Positions 19,335-30,635 of a DNA stretch of 64,000 bases are shown here, in pieces (within the stretch, counting starts at the first letter, position 1; each line of letters opens with the position of its first letter). The notes under the pieces were generated by a model that worked only from the letters and a program-made list of their open reading frames with translations, did no database searches and was not told the origin of the DNA. Origin of the DNA: an uncultured Acidobacteriota bacterium (GTDB taxonomy: Bacteria; Acidobacteriota; UBA6911; RPQK01; JAPXNP01); contig CAVZRV010000029.1 of the NCBI GenBank assembly GCA_963777605.1, positions 288,001 to 352,000 of the forward strand, read 5' to 3'. The position numbers and the translations under genes are program-made.

Positions 19335-20783
19335 CTACTGCTCGGCGATGTTGCCTTCCGCGATAATGATCTCCACACGCCGATTCTTCTGGCGCCCGGC
19401 CGCGGTTGAGTTGTCGGCAACCGGTCGTTCCTTGCCGTAACCGGCCGTGGCCATTCGATCGGGCGAAATGCCGACCTGGGCCAGGAGGTCGAAGACCGAT
19501 TTCGCCCTTTCCTCCGAGAGCTTCATATTGAGTGCTGCCGATCCCGTTGAATCCGTGTGGCCCTCGATACGAAGGTTAAGGTCGGGCATGAGCAGCAGGA
19601 TCCCTGCCAGTTTCGCGAGCACGAGTTTGGCGTCCGGCTTCAGGGTCGATTTGCCCACGTCGAACAGGATGTCCGGCAGATTGACGATGAATCCACGCGC
19701 CGACTCGCGGGTGTCGGCGACCTGGGAAAGGGCATTCTGGAGACGATTTTGAAGCGCGGCGCGCTCGTCTCGAAGGGCCATGGTCTGTTCCTGGAGGTGG
19801 TCCCGTTCCGAACGGATGTTCTCGAGTTGGGCATCGGCCTGTTCAAGCTGTTTCGACGCCTCCTGGAGGTTGGCCATCACCACCTGACGATCGGCGGAAA
19901 TCTGTTCCAGCATCTGCTCAGCGTTGGCGGCACGGCTCTCCAGTTCTTCGGTCTTCTGCTGCCTGGCGCGAATCTCGCTCTCCAGCCGATCCATTTCAAT
20001 CCGGCGCTTGGCAAGCTGGATCGCCTCGTTGGAATGAGCGACCGAATCACGCGCGAACTCCCGCGCCTCGTTCTTTTTCCCTCGTCCCTGCAGATACTCC
20101 GCCTGATCGAGGGCATTCCGGGCTCGGGTGTAGGGTTGCGGAGCGTAATCGGACCCATTCAACCCGTTGGCAATTGCCAGGACACGCTGGGCCTGGATCA
20201 CTTCGGGAGCGGCAATCGTATCCGCAGTGATCAGAGACAGGCTCTCCACCTTGTAAGCAGGCGGATCGGTAAAGCCCTCGAAGAAGTACTCCAGGTTCGG
20301 AACCGGGGGATCGGCCGCCGGGTGGTTCCAGAACATGACCAGTCCCGAAGGAGTGGATACTTCAGGGTAAGACTCCGCAGTGATCAGGAGCGCAAACTGC
20401 CCGAGCCCGGTTGAAAATTCATTCTCACCGTCATTCTTGTCAGGGCGTACCCAGAATTCCCCCAGACTTTGCGGTGCCCCCTGAGCGTCAACTGCCCAGA
20501 GCACGTAGCAGGAAACGTCGCCCCCGAAATAGACCGCCGGGCGAAGCTGTTCGTATTTCATCTTGATCCACAGTTGCTTCCCCTCAGGCCGGATCTCTCC
20601 TTCGACCCGTGCAGACCCGACTCGCCGCGTCGGCAGCATCTGGAACTTCACCTCCCCGGCTCCTGCCGATTTGAAGTCCAGGACGTTCAATGTGAGCGCC
20701 TCGGCTCCGAACCCGGCGCCCGTGAAGAACGGCAGGAGAAGTGCGAGGAGTTCAACAGCGAGCAGACTGGTGAATCTTGCCAT
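19335..20783 (-). CDS. OmpA-family peptidoglycan-binding protein with a long coiled coil
   Basis: Signal peptide from ATG 20783 (GGAGA upstream); DILFDVGK...IEGHTDSTG...NMKLSEERA...[11 protein letters not shown]...NRRVEI. Confidence 0.9.
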   Translation of the reverse strand: MARFTSLLAVELLALLLPFFTGAGFGAEALTLNVLDFKSAGAGEVKFQMLPTRRVGSARVEGEIRPEGKQLWIKMKYEQLRPAVYFGGDVSCYVLWAVDAQGAPQSLGEFWVRPDKNDGENEFSTGLGQFALLITAESYPEVSTPSGLVMFWNHPAADPPVPNLEYFFEGFTDPPAYKVESLSLITADTIAAPEVIQAQRVLAIANGLNGSDYAPQPYTRARNALDQAEYLQGRGKKNEAREFARDSVAHSNEAIQLAKRRIEMDRLESEIRARQQKTEELESRAANAEQMLEQISADRQVVMANLQEASKQLEQADAQLENIRSERDHLQEQTMALRDERAALQNRLQNALSQVADTRESARGFIVNLPDILFDVGKSTLKPDAKLVLAKLAGILLLMPDLNLRIEGHTDSTGSAALNMKLSEERAKSVFDLLAQVGISPDRMATAGYGKERPVADNSTAAGRQKNRRVEIIIAEGNIAEQ

Positions 20784-20955
20784 TTGCTTTCTCCGGATGA
20801 GCTGCAATCCAGAAAACCTCAATCGATTTTCCGGTCGTCGACGTCCCGGCACGGGGAAGCGCAGTCCCGAACAGCGAGGAATCACGCAAAACCGGGAGGC
20901 CCGATTATAGCAAATCGTTCCGTAACCCTGAGGTTGATTCGAACTTCACGGTCGC

Positions 20956-22428
20956 CTACCCGAACAACCCCCGCACTTCCGCGTAACGGGCGTCCCAGAC
21001 CTCTTTCTCATGGGGCTCGAAATGCTCCACCTCGAAGGAGTCCCTGACCAGCGCCCTTGCGTCGTCGAGGCTCCCCAGGAGGCCGGAACCGATCGCCTGG
21101 ATCAGGATGTTGCCCGTGGCCGTGGCTTCCGCTGGACCTGCAATCACTTCAATTCCGAGTGCGTCGGCCGTCAACTGGTTGAGGAGCCGGTTTCGGGATC
21201 CTCCTCCGACAATGTAGAGTCGGGAGACGGCCCTACCCCGCAGTTCGTTGATGCTCTCGACGATGTAGCGATACTTGAGCACCAGGCTCTCGAAGATGGC
21301 ACGGGTGAAATCGCCGTGACTTTGCGGAACCGCGTGCCCATGTTTGCGACAGGATTCAGCAATGGCTGTCGGCATGTCCGGTGGGTTCAGGAACACCGGG
21401 TCGTCGGGGTCGAAAGCGGACCGGAACCGAGCCGCCGTGCGGCCGAGCTCAACCAGATCGTCATAACTCAGATGAGATCCCTGGGCTTCCCAACTCCGTT
21501 TGCAGCGCTCGAGGAGCCAGAGCCCCATGTTGTTGCGCAGGAAGCGGATCGTTCCCCCGAAGCCTCCCTCGTTCGTGAAGTTGCGCTGCAACGAAGCGTC
21601 GCTGATGATCGGCTCGGACGATTCCACCCCCAGCAGCGACCAGGTTCCCGAACTCAGGTAGGCCCAGTCCCGGCCGCTTGCGGGAACGGCGGCCACGGCA
21701 CTGGCCGTGTCGTGGCAGGCCGGAGCGATCACCTTGGCCTGGACGCCGGTTTCGGAAGCGATCTCCGGCAGGAGGGGGCCAATCTCGGTCCCGGGTTCGA
21801 TCAACTGAGGCATCAATCGCAGTGGCAGATCCAGCCCCTCGAAGAGTTCCGCGGACCAGGTTCTGGTCCGAGCGTCGAGCAGTTGAGAAGTCGAGGCGAT
21901 GCTGTACTCCGAAACCATGACGCCCGTGAGCAGGTAGTGGAAGAGGTCGGGCATGAAAAGGATGCGGTCGGCGGCCCGCACGAGACCGGGCCGAACCTTC
22001 GTAGTGCTCATCAACTGGTAAAGCGTATTGAGCGCCATGAACTGGATGCCGGTGATCGAGTAGATTCTGGACCGGGACATTCTCTGGAATGCCGCTTCCA
22101 TCATCCCGTCGGTCCGAGAATCGCGATAGACGTATGGAAATCCGAGCAACTGGCCCGAGCCGTCGATCATTCCAAAATCGACTCCCCAGGTGTCCACTCC
22201 GATGCCTGCCAGTCGATCGTGCCCGAGTTGCGCCGCCTTGCCGAGTCCTTCCTTGAGGTTGGCGAAGAGGTCCAGCAGATCCCAGTGAAGATGGCCGAGT
22301 AGACTGACCTGTCGATTTGGGAAGCGGTGGACCTCCTCGAGTGTCAGTCGCCGGTCCTGGAGACGTCCAAGAATCAAGCGGCCGCTTTCGGCTCCGAAGT
22401 CGCATGCGATGAACTTGGGTTCAACCAT
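20956..22428 (-). CDS. rhaB: Rhamnulokinase/L-fuculokinase (FGGY family)
   Basis: DFGAESGR, GVDTWGVDF, YRDSRT, HDTASAV, SSGTWSLLG, TNEGG and GGGSRN. Confidence 0.9.
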   Translation of the reverse strand: MVEPKFIACDFGAESGRLILGRLQDRRLTLEEVHRFPNRQVSLLGHLHWDLLDLFANLKEGLGKAAQLGHDRLAGIGVDTWGVDFGMIDGSGQLLGFPYVYRDSRTDGMMEAAFQRMSRSRIYSITGIQFMALNTLYQLMSTTKVRPGLVRAADRILFMPDLFHYLLTGVMVSEYSIASTSQLLDARTRTWSAELFEGLDLPLRLMPQLIEPGTEIGPLLPEIASETGVQAKVIAPACHDTASAVAAVPASGRDWAYLSSGTWSLLGVESSEPIISDASLQRNFTNEGGFGGTIRFLRNNMGLWLLERCKRSWEAQGSHLSYDDLVELGRTAARFRSAFDPDDPVFLNPPDMPTAIAESCRKHGHAVPQSHGDFTRAIFESLVLKYRYIVESINELRGRAVSRLYIVGGGSRNRLLNQLTADALGIEVIAGPAEATATGNILIQAIGSGLLGSLDDARALVRDSFEVEHFEPHEKEVWDARYAEVRGLFG

Positions 22429-22441
22429 TCCTCAATTTTCC

Positions 22442-24256
22442 TTACGCATAGAGTGGGCCGAAATTGGCGCAGGCCCGGTAGTCCGCTCCCTGGGGATCCA
22501 TGGAGCCAAAGGCACTCCAAGCGCTGGGCCGGAAGATCCGACTTTCTTCGACGTTGTGCATCGAGACCGGGATACGCAGCATGCTGGCCAGGGTCAGGAA
22601 ACGGTCTCCGACATGGCCATAGCAGAGCGCGGCATGGTTCGCCCCCCAGTTAGCCATCACGGAATAGACGTCGTTGAATGGAGCGGATCCGGTCAGGCGC
22701 GGTACGAACCAGGTGGTCGGCCAGGTCGGGCTCGTCCTTTCATTGAGAGTCTGGTGGACCGCGTCGGGAAGGTCGATCGTTGTGCCCTCGGCAATCTGAA
22801 GAACCGGCCCCAGGCCTTTCACAAGGTTGAGCCGCGATATGGTGACCGGCATTCCGCCGCGAGTCAGGAACTGGGAGGAAAAGCCACCGCCCCTGAAGTA
22901 GCCGAGGTCGGCGGGGCACCACCGGGTCGCCTCGAGACAGGCTGCGGCCTCTTCCGGGCTGATCTCCCAGAACGGTTTCATAACGGGAGTGCCCTTCTGG
23001 GTCTGCCGTCCGGTTCCATCGAGAGTACAGGAACCGGAATTGATCAGGTGGATGACCCCTTGCGCGGCCGCCGGCGTGAGTTCGGCCCCCGTGACCCTGC
23101 GGATCGCGTCGGGGCTCCAGAAGGTCCGGACATCGGCAAAGACCTGCGCCGTATCGGAGAGCAGGTGCCCGAACGCCATCACGACGCCGTTGAGGCAGTC
23201 GTTCTCTGTGGCCATCAGGAAGGGTTCCCGAATCCCGTTCCAGTCGAAGGAAGAGTTCAGGATCGCCTCCATGAAGTCGCCGTTGGGGAAATGGTCGGTC
23301 CACTGTCGTTGTCCCTGGAACCCCGCGATCAAGGCATTGTGGCCGAAGGCCTCCTCCCCGAAACCCAGTTCGGCCAGGCGCGGGTTGCCGATCATCAGGT
23401 CACGGGCGATGATGGCCATCTGCACAACCGTTTCCCACTCCCAATCCTTGCGTTCCCGCGAGGACTGCTGGGAGGGCTCGTTGACGTCAGCTCCTTCCGG
23501 GCAGTTGCGGCGAACCCACTGGAAGGCGTACTCGAATTCCTGGGGATCGTAGATCTTCTCTTCGATCCTCCGGGTCAACTCGCTCATGTCAACCGATTCG
23601 GTGCGCATTCCCAGATAATCCTGGAGAAAATCCTGGTCCACGATTGAGCCGGCAATCCCCATGGAGACTCCACCGATTGCCAGGTAGGACTTGCCCCGCA
23701 ATTCGGCAGTGGCGAGGGCTGCCTTGACAAATCCGAGGATCTTTCCCTTGACGTCATCCGGGATCGACGTGTCGTCCCGGTCCTGTACGTCCCGGCCGTA
23801 GATGCCGAACGCGGGAAGCCCCTTCTGGCTGTATCCTGCCAGTGCGGCTGCCAGGTAGACGGCGCCGGGTCGCTCAGTTCCGTTGAAACCCCAGATCGCT
23901 TTGGGGACGTGGGGACTGGAATCCATCACCTCGGTGCCGTAGCACCAGCACGGGGTGACCGTCAGGGACACGGTCGCGCCGTCTCGTTCGAACTTCTCGG
24001 AGGCCCGGGCGGCTTCCACTACGCCGCCGATACAGGTGTCCGCGATGACACACTCGACAGGCAGTCCATTGCTGTGCCTCAGGCTGCTACTGATCAGTCC
24101 GGCGGCAGCCCGGGCCATCTGCATCGTCTGGATTTCCAGGGACTCTCGGACCCCCTTTCTCCGCCCGTCGATCACCGGCCGGATGCCGACTTTGGGCAGC
24201 GTCCCGACGAGGCGCTTTATGGGTGCATTTTGCTGCAGGTTGTCAACCTCTTTCAT
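22442..24256 (-). CDS. fucI: L-fucose isomerase
   Basis: [45 protein letters not shown] and WGANH; ATG 24256 preceded by AAGGAAGG. Confidence 0.95.
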   Translation of the reverse strand: MKEVDNLQQNAPIKRLVGTLPKVGIRPVIDGRRKGVRESLEIQTMQMARAAAGLISSSLRHSNGLPVECVIADTCIGGVVEAARASEKFERDGATVSLTVTPCWCYGTEVMDSSPHVPKAIWGFNGTERPGAVYLAAALAGYSQKGLPAFGIYGRDVQDRDDTSIPDDVKGKILGFVKAALATAELRGKSYLAIGGVSMGIAGSIVDQDFLQDYLGMRTESVDMSELTRRIEEKIYDPQEFEYAFQWVRRNCPEGADVNEPSQQSSRERKDWEWETVVQMAIIARDLMIGNPRLAELGFGEEAFGHNALIAGFQGQRQWTDHFPNGDFMEAILNSSFDWNGIREPFLMATENDCLNGVVMAFGHLLSDTAQVFADVRTFWSPDAIRRVTGAELTPAAAQGVIHLINSGSCTLDGTGRQTQKGTPVMKPFWEISPEEAAACLEATRWCPADLGYFRGGGFSSQFLTRGGMPVTISRLNLVKGLGPVLQIAEGTTIDLPDAVHQTLNERTSPTWPTTWFVPRLTGSAPFNDVYSVMANWGANHAALCYGHVGDRFLTLASMLRIPVSMHNVEESRIFRPSAWSAFGSMDPQGADYRACANFGPLYA

Positions 24257-24365
24257 GGCTATCCCTTCCTTTAAGGCCAATAAACAGTGGCGTCCACTGA
24301 AGTCAGATTCACGGTCCTCATTTTGCCTTGACCTCCTCGGGAGGTACAGGGTGAAGGACAAAAAA

Positions 24366-24625
24366 GGAAGGTAATCCAGGCAGCCCTGCCTGAGATGTCC
24401 GCCAGGCAGCTTGCCTGGCGCAAGTCAACATTTCCAATCCAGGGAGGATGATTCTCCTTCCGAGTTTGGGCAACATACCCCAGGACTTTTGATTTCTGGT
24501 TGTTCCTGAAAGAGTCCGCCAATAAGGCCGAGATTGAATCGCACTTTCAGTGCTGCAATGCCGCCTCGGCCCCAATTCCCGGGGCGTTGCCGCCGGGCTG
24601 AGAATGACCCTGCGCCGTTGGCGGG
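24366..24625 (+). repeat. Composite REP/BIME-like element A, copy 2
   Basis: Colinear with 19043-19255, plus an extra ~40 nt between two CCAGG motifs; the hairpin reads GCCAGGCAGCTTGCCTGGC. Confidence 0.85.
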
Positions 24626-24771
24626 TTGCTACGAACTTGGATGGTTGATGGTCACGGTATCGGCGCCGGATCGGTCCCTGAAGGGGACCTGGTTTTCAGC
24701 CCAGGGCTCGGACGCGGCCTTTCGGTTGACGGTTCCCGGGAATCGTGTAACCGTTCTCTGGAGGTTTCACG

Positions 24772-25623
24772 TTGAGTTCTGACTGGCTCCTGGCATTCGG
24801 CTGTTTCGGTGCGGCACTGGGTATCTCGTTCTTCACGTCGATGACGGGAGTTTCGGGGGCCTTTGCACTGGTCCCTTTCCAGATCAGCGTGCTCGGAATC
24901 GCCGGGCCGGCAGTCAGTTCTACCAACCATCTTTACAACTTGATCGCGACGCCCGGTGGAATCACGCGCTATCTGCGCGAGGGGAAGTTGGCCTGGAGAC
25001 TGTTGCGGATCCTGGCTTCCGGTTCGGTTCCGGGAGCTGTCGTCGGGGCATGGGTTCGCATCCGGTACCTTCCCGAGGCCGGCGAGTTCCGCCTCTTTGC
25101 AGGATTGGTTCTCCTTCTGATGGGCGTACGCCTGTTGACCGGTGCAGCCTGGTCCGAACGTTCCCGCCGTTCAGATGCCGGCACAAGAGTCGGGGCTGGA
25201 GAGTCACAATGGGTCGCACCGGGTGCCGGCCGGCGATCGGCGACAAGGGCATCCCTCCTGATCCCAGCCGCGTTCGTGATCGGGATCGCGGGGGGCGCCT
25301 ACGGGATCGGGGGAGCCGTGATGATCGCCCCAATCCTGGTCGGCGTCATGGGGTGGACCTTCGAACAGATCGCGGGAGCTCTGCTGGGAGCCACCTTTCT
25401 GACTTCTCTCGCCAGTGTTTTCGCCTACCAGTTTCTGGCCCACTCAAACCCTCTTGCCGGTGCGGCGCCTGACTGGTCTCTCGGGCTGACCTTCGGGTTC
25501 GGCGGACTGGTGGGAACCTACCTCGGCAGCCGATTCCGAAAACGTTTCTCACCGCTTGTCCTGCGGCTCATTCTTGCCGGCAGTGTTCTGCTGGTCGCAC
25601 TGCGGTACCTCTGGGTGGGATAG
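24772..25623 (+). CDS. Sulfite exporter TauE/SafE family membrane protein
   Basis: Multi-TM protein; TSMTGVSGAFALVP and GGAYGIGGAVMIAP duplicated halves; TTG start after GGAGG. Confidence 0.85.
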   Translation: MSSDWLLAFGCFGAALGISFFTSMTGVSGAFALVPFQISVLGIAGPAVSSTNHLYNLIATPGGITRYLREGKLAWRLLRILASGSVPGAVVGAWVRIRYLPEAGEFRLFAGLVLLLMGVRLLTGAAWSERSRRSDAGTRVGAGESQWVAPGAGRRSATRASLLIPAAFVIGIAGGAYGIGGAVMIAPILVGVMGWTFEQIAGALLGATFLTSLASVFAYQFLAHSNPLAGAAPDWSLGLTFGFGGLVGTYLGSRFRKRFSPLVLRLILAGSVLLVALRYLWVG

Positions 25624-25638
25624 CCGGCCTCGCCCGCG

Positions 25639-26889
25639 CTACTCCGGCTTTCTGTTACGGAATAGCTCCCGACGGTCGTAGAGACATTGAGCCAGAATGC
25701 GGTGCCCCTTCGCGTTCAGATGCCAGTCGGTCCGATAGTAGAGGATTTCCCCGGTTTCCCGGTGGTGTTCGGTTAGAAGTGGCGCCAAATCGATCGTCTC
25801 GATGTTCAGCTGGCGGCCTATACGTACGGTCTCGGCGCCGAGATGTCGTTCGAGTTGGAGGTCGGCCTCGCCAAGCCCCAGGATTTCGGCCGTCTCTCGG
25901 GTCCGGGATGAGTCCGTCTCGGGCTCGACCTGAAGCTTGGTCGGCAGCACCATGAGGATAAGTTGAATACCCGCTTGGTCCGTTTCCGACTTGAACCGGC
26001 GGAGCAACTCCTCGAGCGATGAAAGACAGAGCTCGACATCAGCGGGATGGTGCTTGAACCAGTAGGCCTGACCAAGACTTTGCCCGGTGCACCCGATGCA
26101 GGCCCGATAGGCCGTACCCATCGGGCCGGTCGCCTGGACTCCAGGGTTCCCCACCAGACTCGTCAGTCGTGCAAACAGAACCGAGTTCTGGAGCAGTAAG
26201 AAGCGCAGCCTGGTCCAGGCCGAGGGTTCCCGGAAGGACTTCATCCGGTGTTGGAAGTCCTCGGCAGGAATGATCTCTCGAAAGGAGTTCCCCTCGGGCA
26301 TCAGGCGGGGACGCCCCGGGGCGACCAGTTCCGCCAGGTCATTGCCCAGGAAAACCGTGAAGAGGATCGTGTCGGGCAGGAGAACCGCGCCACGAGCCCG
26401 GTACCAGAGATAGGACTGGTAGGGAGAGTAGGATCCGGTGGCGGCATTGAGTATCTCGTAGCGTTCGGGACCCGTGTTCAGGTCGGTCTCGAGCAACGAG
26501 CAGGCGTTCTCACTGTTGTCCACCGAACCGTCAATCTGGGAGTCTCCCAGAACCAGCACCCGCCTTCCCGATGTCCTTCCGGCCTGCGCAGGGGCGCTCC
26601 TGCGCAGGCCCAGGTTGTTGGTTTGAAAGTGGATGAAGCCCGATGGCCGTTCCTCAAACCGGAATCGCAGGTCGAGATTGGGCCTCCGGACAACGCCCAG
26701 CAGAGGATCCAACTCGAAGTAGACTGACTGAAAATCGTCGCCTCGAACCAGGGAGACGTCGGTCGGTTCACGGGTTGTGATTCTGAGGGCGATTTCGCAA
26801 AATCCGAGCGCCAGGAAAACCGCGACAGACAGCAGAATCAGTCTGGGCAAGAGTGAACTGCGGGCGAGCGGTGAAGTGGCGTTCTGCAT
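25639..26889 (-). CDS. Membrane-anchored SGNH/GDSL hydrolase (AlgX/AlgJ-like O-acetyl esterase or transferase)
   Basis: N-terminal TM ending EIALR; TNNLGLR, GDSQ, GND and DWHLN. Confidence 0.8.
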   Translation of the reverse strand: MQNATSPLARSSLLPRLILLSVAVFLALGFCEIALRITTREPTDVSLVRGDDFQSVYFELDPLLGVVRRPNLDLRFRFEERPSGFIHFQTNNLGLRRSAPAQAGRTSGRRVLVLGDSQIDGSVDNSENACSLLETDLNTGPERYEILNAATGSYSPYQSYLWYRARGAVLLPDTILFTVFLGNDLAELVAPGRPRLMPEGNSFREIIPAEDFQHRMKSFREPSAWTRLRFLLLQNSVLFARLTSLVGNPGVQATGPMGTAYRACIGCTGQSLGQAYWFKHHPADVELCLSSLEELLRRFKSETDQAGIQLILMVLPTKLQVEPETDSSRTRETAEILGLGEADLQLERHLGAETVRIGRQLNIETIDLAPLLTEHHRETGEILYYRTDWHLNAKGHRILAQCLYDRRELFRNRKPE

Positions 26890-27012
26890 GGGTGATCGGT
26901 GAAGCGCACCGTCTCATCGAGCCATCTCGCCGTGGTTGCGCTCCTTGTGAATCATATCGTACGGAGGGCTTCAATTCCGCCTTGGCGTCGATCGAATAGG
27001 GCGAGGCCGGGT

Positions 27013-28749
27013 TCAGGGAGTGGAAAGCTTGAGTTGAAGCCAGTCAACTAAAGCGGGTTTGTAACTCTCCCACTCGTGACGGCCTTCCCAGTTCTCCATC
27101 CCGTGCGGAGCCCCGTCGAGCCGGATCAGCCGGTAGTCGACACCTGTTGCGTCGAGCCGTTCCTGGAGCCGAACGGCCTGGTCCCAAAGGAACTCACCCG
27201 TCCCGTGAATGAGAAGGAGGGGTGGCATTTCCGCCCTGACCTGGTAGTACGGCGAGTATTCGCGCAGGACCAGGCGAGCTTCGTCATCCAGCTTAGTGCG
27301 ATGAAAAAGCCGCACAAGCAGAGAGCGGGGACCGGCGTCCTTAACCATCGCCTCAAAGTCATAGACTCCGTACAGAGACGCCACCGCCGACACCCGGCAG
27401 GATTCATGATCGACCGGGTCTTTCGACGACAGGTCGCCGGGGCAGGGAAGTGCGCCAACCTGTACGACCAGTTGCCCGCCCGCGGACTCTCCCAGGAGGG
27501 CAATCCTGGATGGATCGACACGGTAGTCGGCGGCGTGATGGCGAACGTACCGGATCGCCCGCCGGACATCTTCCAATTGGTCGCGGTTCTCAAATTTCGG
27601 AGTCAGCCGGTAGTCGATGGAAAACCAGGCCAGGTTTGCCTTGGCCAGTACCGTCAGAACCGGAACGATGTAGGTGGTCTTCGAACCTGCTTCCCAGCCC
27701 CCACCGTGGACGACGATCACCGCGGGAAAAGGCCCGGGGCCGTCCGGGACGAATGCGTCCATTTTCAGTTCGGCAGGCACTGGTTCCCGAAATGTTCGGT
27801 AGGTGATGTCCTTTCTCAGCGGTTGACTCTCGACATCTCGGGGAGTTGTGGGAGACACCGGCCCGCAGCTCCTCTCGAGCCATTCAACCAGGTCCTGCTG
27901 GTAGCCCCACTGGGCCGGTGTCCAGTTTTCACTGCGGTGGATTCCCGCTTCGATTGGGATCAACCGGCAGGAGCCTCCCGTCCGGGAGAGCTTCGTGCAA
28001 AATGACCGGGCCGTCTCCAGAGAAGCCTCTGCGTCCCGCGTCCCGTGGATAACCAGCGTCGTCGGCAATTGTTTTACGGGCAGATTGGGAAGGGAGTTTC
28101 GCTCGAGAACCGATGTCCCGGAGGCGCCCCAAAGGGCGGTCTGAAGCGATTCGTTGTCCCGAATCGAGGGGAATTCGGAGAGCTCGAAAATCCCTCCAAC
28201 CAGAACCAGGCCACAGATGGAATCCGGACTCCGACGGGCGACCCGGGCCGCGAGATAGGCTCCGGTATCCTCACCGAAGAGGACGAGTCGGCTCGAATCG
28301 GTCTTGAAACGGTCGGAATGGCAGCGGATGTAGTCAATCGCACCAAGGACGTCCGCAACCTGGTCGGCGAGCGAGGCTGCCGGAGCCAGGCCGTAGTCGA
28401 GGGCGAACCAGTTGAATCCTCCTCGAGTCAGCAATTCCTGGAAATGGGAGATGAACGCTCTTCGGCTTCCCGTGGTCCAGCCTCCACCGTGGATCAGAAT
28501 GACTCCCGGTCGGCTCTGGTCACCGGGCTGGATGTAGGCGTCAAGGAGGCGCGATTGCCCGTTGACAACCCGGTAGGGAATGTCACCCAGGCTGCCCGGA
28601 ACGACGTAGTTTCCGTTGGGATCCCCCACCTCGACATCGAGGCACTTGCCGGCCGCCCGGAGAAACGAATCAGCCCAATGATCCACCGTCACCGACAAGA
28701 ACAGCGCGCACAAGATCCAGATGTTTCTGCGACATCGCAGTGTTTGCAT
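27013..28749 (-). CDS. Secreted tandem alpha/beta hydrolase (two HSL/BD-FAE-like esterase domains)
   Basis: Two HGGGW motifs; GEDTG in domain 1 and GESAG in domain 2; two LxIHGT motifs. Confidence 0.85.
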   Translation of the reverse strand: MQTLRCRRNIWILCALFLSVTVDHWADSFLRAAGKCLDVEVGDPNGNYVVPGSLGDIPYRVVNGQSRLLDAYIQPGDQSRPGVILIHGGGWTTGSRRAFISHFQELLTRGGFNWFALDYGLAPAASLADQVADVLGAIDYIRCHSDRFKTDSSRLVLFGEDTGAYLAARVARRSPDSICGLVLVGGIFELSEFPSIRDNESLQTALWGASGTSVLERNSLPNLPVKQLPTTLVIHGTRDAEASLETARSFCTKLSRTGGSCRLIPIEAGIHRSENWTPAQWGYQQDLVEWLERSCGPVSPTTPRDVESQPLRKDITYRTFREPVPAELKMDAFVPDGPGPFPAVIVVHGGGWEAGSKTTYIVPVLTVLAKANLAWFSIDYRLTPKFENRDQLEDVRRAIRYVRHHAADYRVDPSRIALLGESAGGQLVVQVGALPCPGDLSSKDPVDHESCRVSAVASLYGVYDFEAMVKDAGPRSLLVRLFHRTKLDDEARLVLREYSPYYQVRAEMPPLLLIHGTGEFLWDQAVRLQERLDATGVDYRLIRLDGAPHGMENWEGRHEWESYKPALVDWLQLKLSTP

Positions 28750-28963
28750 AATCACCAACCCGACTGAGGGATTCCAGCGTCGCCGGCGTACCTGCTTTTA
28801 GTGAAGAATTTGCCGACAAGGATACCATCCATGGAACCGTTGGCAGATAATGGTACTGCATTCGACAGTAACGTTGGTTTTGCGCTTGGAATTCGCCGGT
28901 CCCGGCGGAGAGGAGCAGGGCGGTGTCGGATCTTGTCGAATCTCCTGCCTCGAAAGGTACCCT

Positions 28964-30255
28964 ATGTTCGACTCCTCAGTCGATTGACGACATTCGTACT
29001 GGCCGGCGGGAAAGGCGAGCGCCTGCATCCGCTGACGCGGGACCGGGCCAAACCGGCGGTTGTCTTCGGCGGGCATTATCGGATCGTCGACTTTACGCTG
29101 TCCAACTGCATCAACTCAGGAATTCGCACTGTCTACGTACTGACCCAGTACAAGTCGATTTCGCTGGCGCGTCACATCCGGCTTGGCTGGAACATTCTTT
29201 CCTCCGAGATGGAGGAGTTCATCGAAGTGATCCCGGCCCAGCAGCGCTACGGTGAAAACTGGTACCGGGGAACCGCCGACGCAGTCTACCAGAACATCTA
29301 CACGATCGAGCGGGACAACCGGGAGTTTGTTCTGATCCTGGCTGGTGACCACGTCTACAAGATGGACTACTCGAAGATGTTGAAGTTCCACCTGGACCGG
29401 GGCGCCGAAATGACGGTTGGGGCAGTAGAAATGCCTGCGGAGATGGCCGGTCAGTTCGGCGTGGTCCAGGTGGACGACGAGTCACGCATTGTGGATTTTC
29501 AGGAGAAACCCTCCGTCCCTGCCACGGTACCGGGGAAGTCGGATCGAATCTATGCCTCGATGGGTATCTATATCTTCAATCGGGAGACTCTGCTGGAGGA
29601 GTTGATACCGGCAGTCGCCGAAGAAGACCTGACCGATTTCGGGATGCACCTCGTGCCCCGAATGCTTGGTCGAAGACGGGCGTTCGCCTACCAGTTTGAG
29701 GACGAGAACCGGCCGGGCGATCGCAAACCGTACTGGAGGGACATCGGGACCCTGGATGCCTACTATTCGGCCAACCTTGACCTGATTTCGGTGCATCCGC
29801 AGTTCAACCTCTACGATTCCCACTGGCCGGTTCGCTCCTACGAGCGGAGCCTCCCTCCTGCCAAGACGGTGTTTGCCGACGAAGGGGCGGGGGCGAGACG
29901 GGGAGAGGTGCTCGATTCGCTCGTATGCGGCGGTTGCATCATCAGCGGAGGGCACGTCGATCGTTCAATTCTTTCGCCCAACGTTCGCATCAACAGCTTC
30001 GCTCACATTTCGGAATCGGTTCTGATGGACAACGTCGAGGTCGGAAGACGCTGCAGGATTCGCCGGGCAATTATCGACAAATTCTGCCGCATATTACCCG
30101 ACACAGTAATCGGTTGGGACCCTGAAAAGGACCGGAAGCGTTTCACCGTGACCGATGACGGAGTCGTCGTAATCCCTTCCGCGATGGTTGTGGGGCCGAA
30201 CGAAGATGAGGCCATTTGGACGGATCCGGTGGTGCGCTTCTCGGGCCACGGTTGA
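28964..30255 (+). CDS. glgC: Glucose-1-phosphate adenylyltransferase (exact start uncertain)
   Basis: LAGGKGERL.PLT.DRAKPAV, WYRGTADAVYQN, GDHVYKMDY, FQEKP, ASMGIYIF and YWRDIGT. ATG 28964 after AAAGG is one base off frame; in-frame TTG at 28984 is an alternative start. Confidence 0.93.
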
Positions 30256-30511
30256 GCTCCGGAAGGGCCTGGCCCGCGTCTCGAGTTGGCATCGTCCCTT
30301 TTCGTTCAATTTCTCGAATGGAAATTCAATATTCTGAATTGAAAAATGCCCTCCAACGAATTCCTTCTTTTTCGATCGAAAAAATATAAGTCCTTATATT
30401 TCTTGAGCTACCGGCGTTGATCTTGAAGGATTGTAGGGCCGTGGCATTGAATTTGCAAAGATAGGAAGGGAGCAGTTGGCTAAGGTCAACCGGAAGGGTT
30501 TTGTTAAATGA

Positions 30512-30537
30512 AAGGGGCGAACCTGAGTCCGCCCCTT
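30512..30537. terminator. GC-rich hairpin between convergent glgC and hyi-like genes
   Basis: AAGGGGCG-N10-CGCCCCTT; no strong U-tract, so it may instead be a REP-like unit. Confidence 0.35.
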
Positions 30538-30635
30538 CGTTGGAGGGACGCAACCGAACCTTAGTGTGGGTGGTGCGCCAACTTGATATTTTACTACTTC
30601 CGCTGGCCTGTCGCCAACTGCTTTATTCCTGCAGT

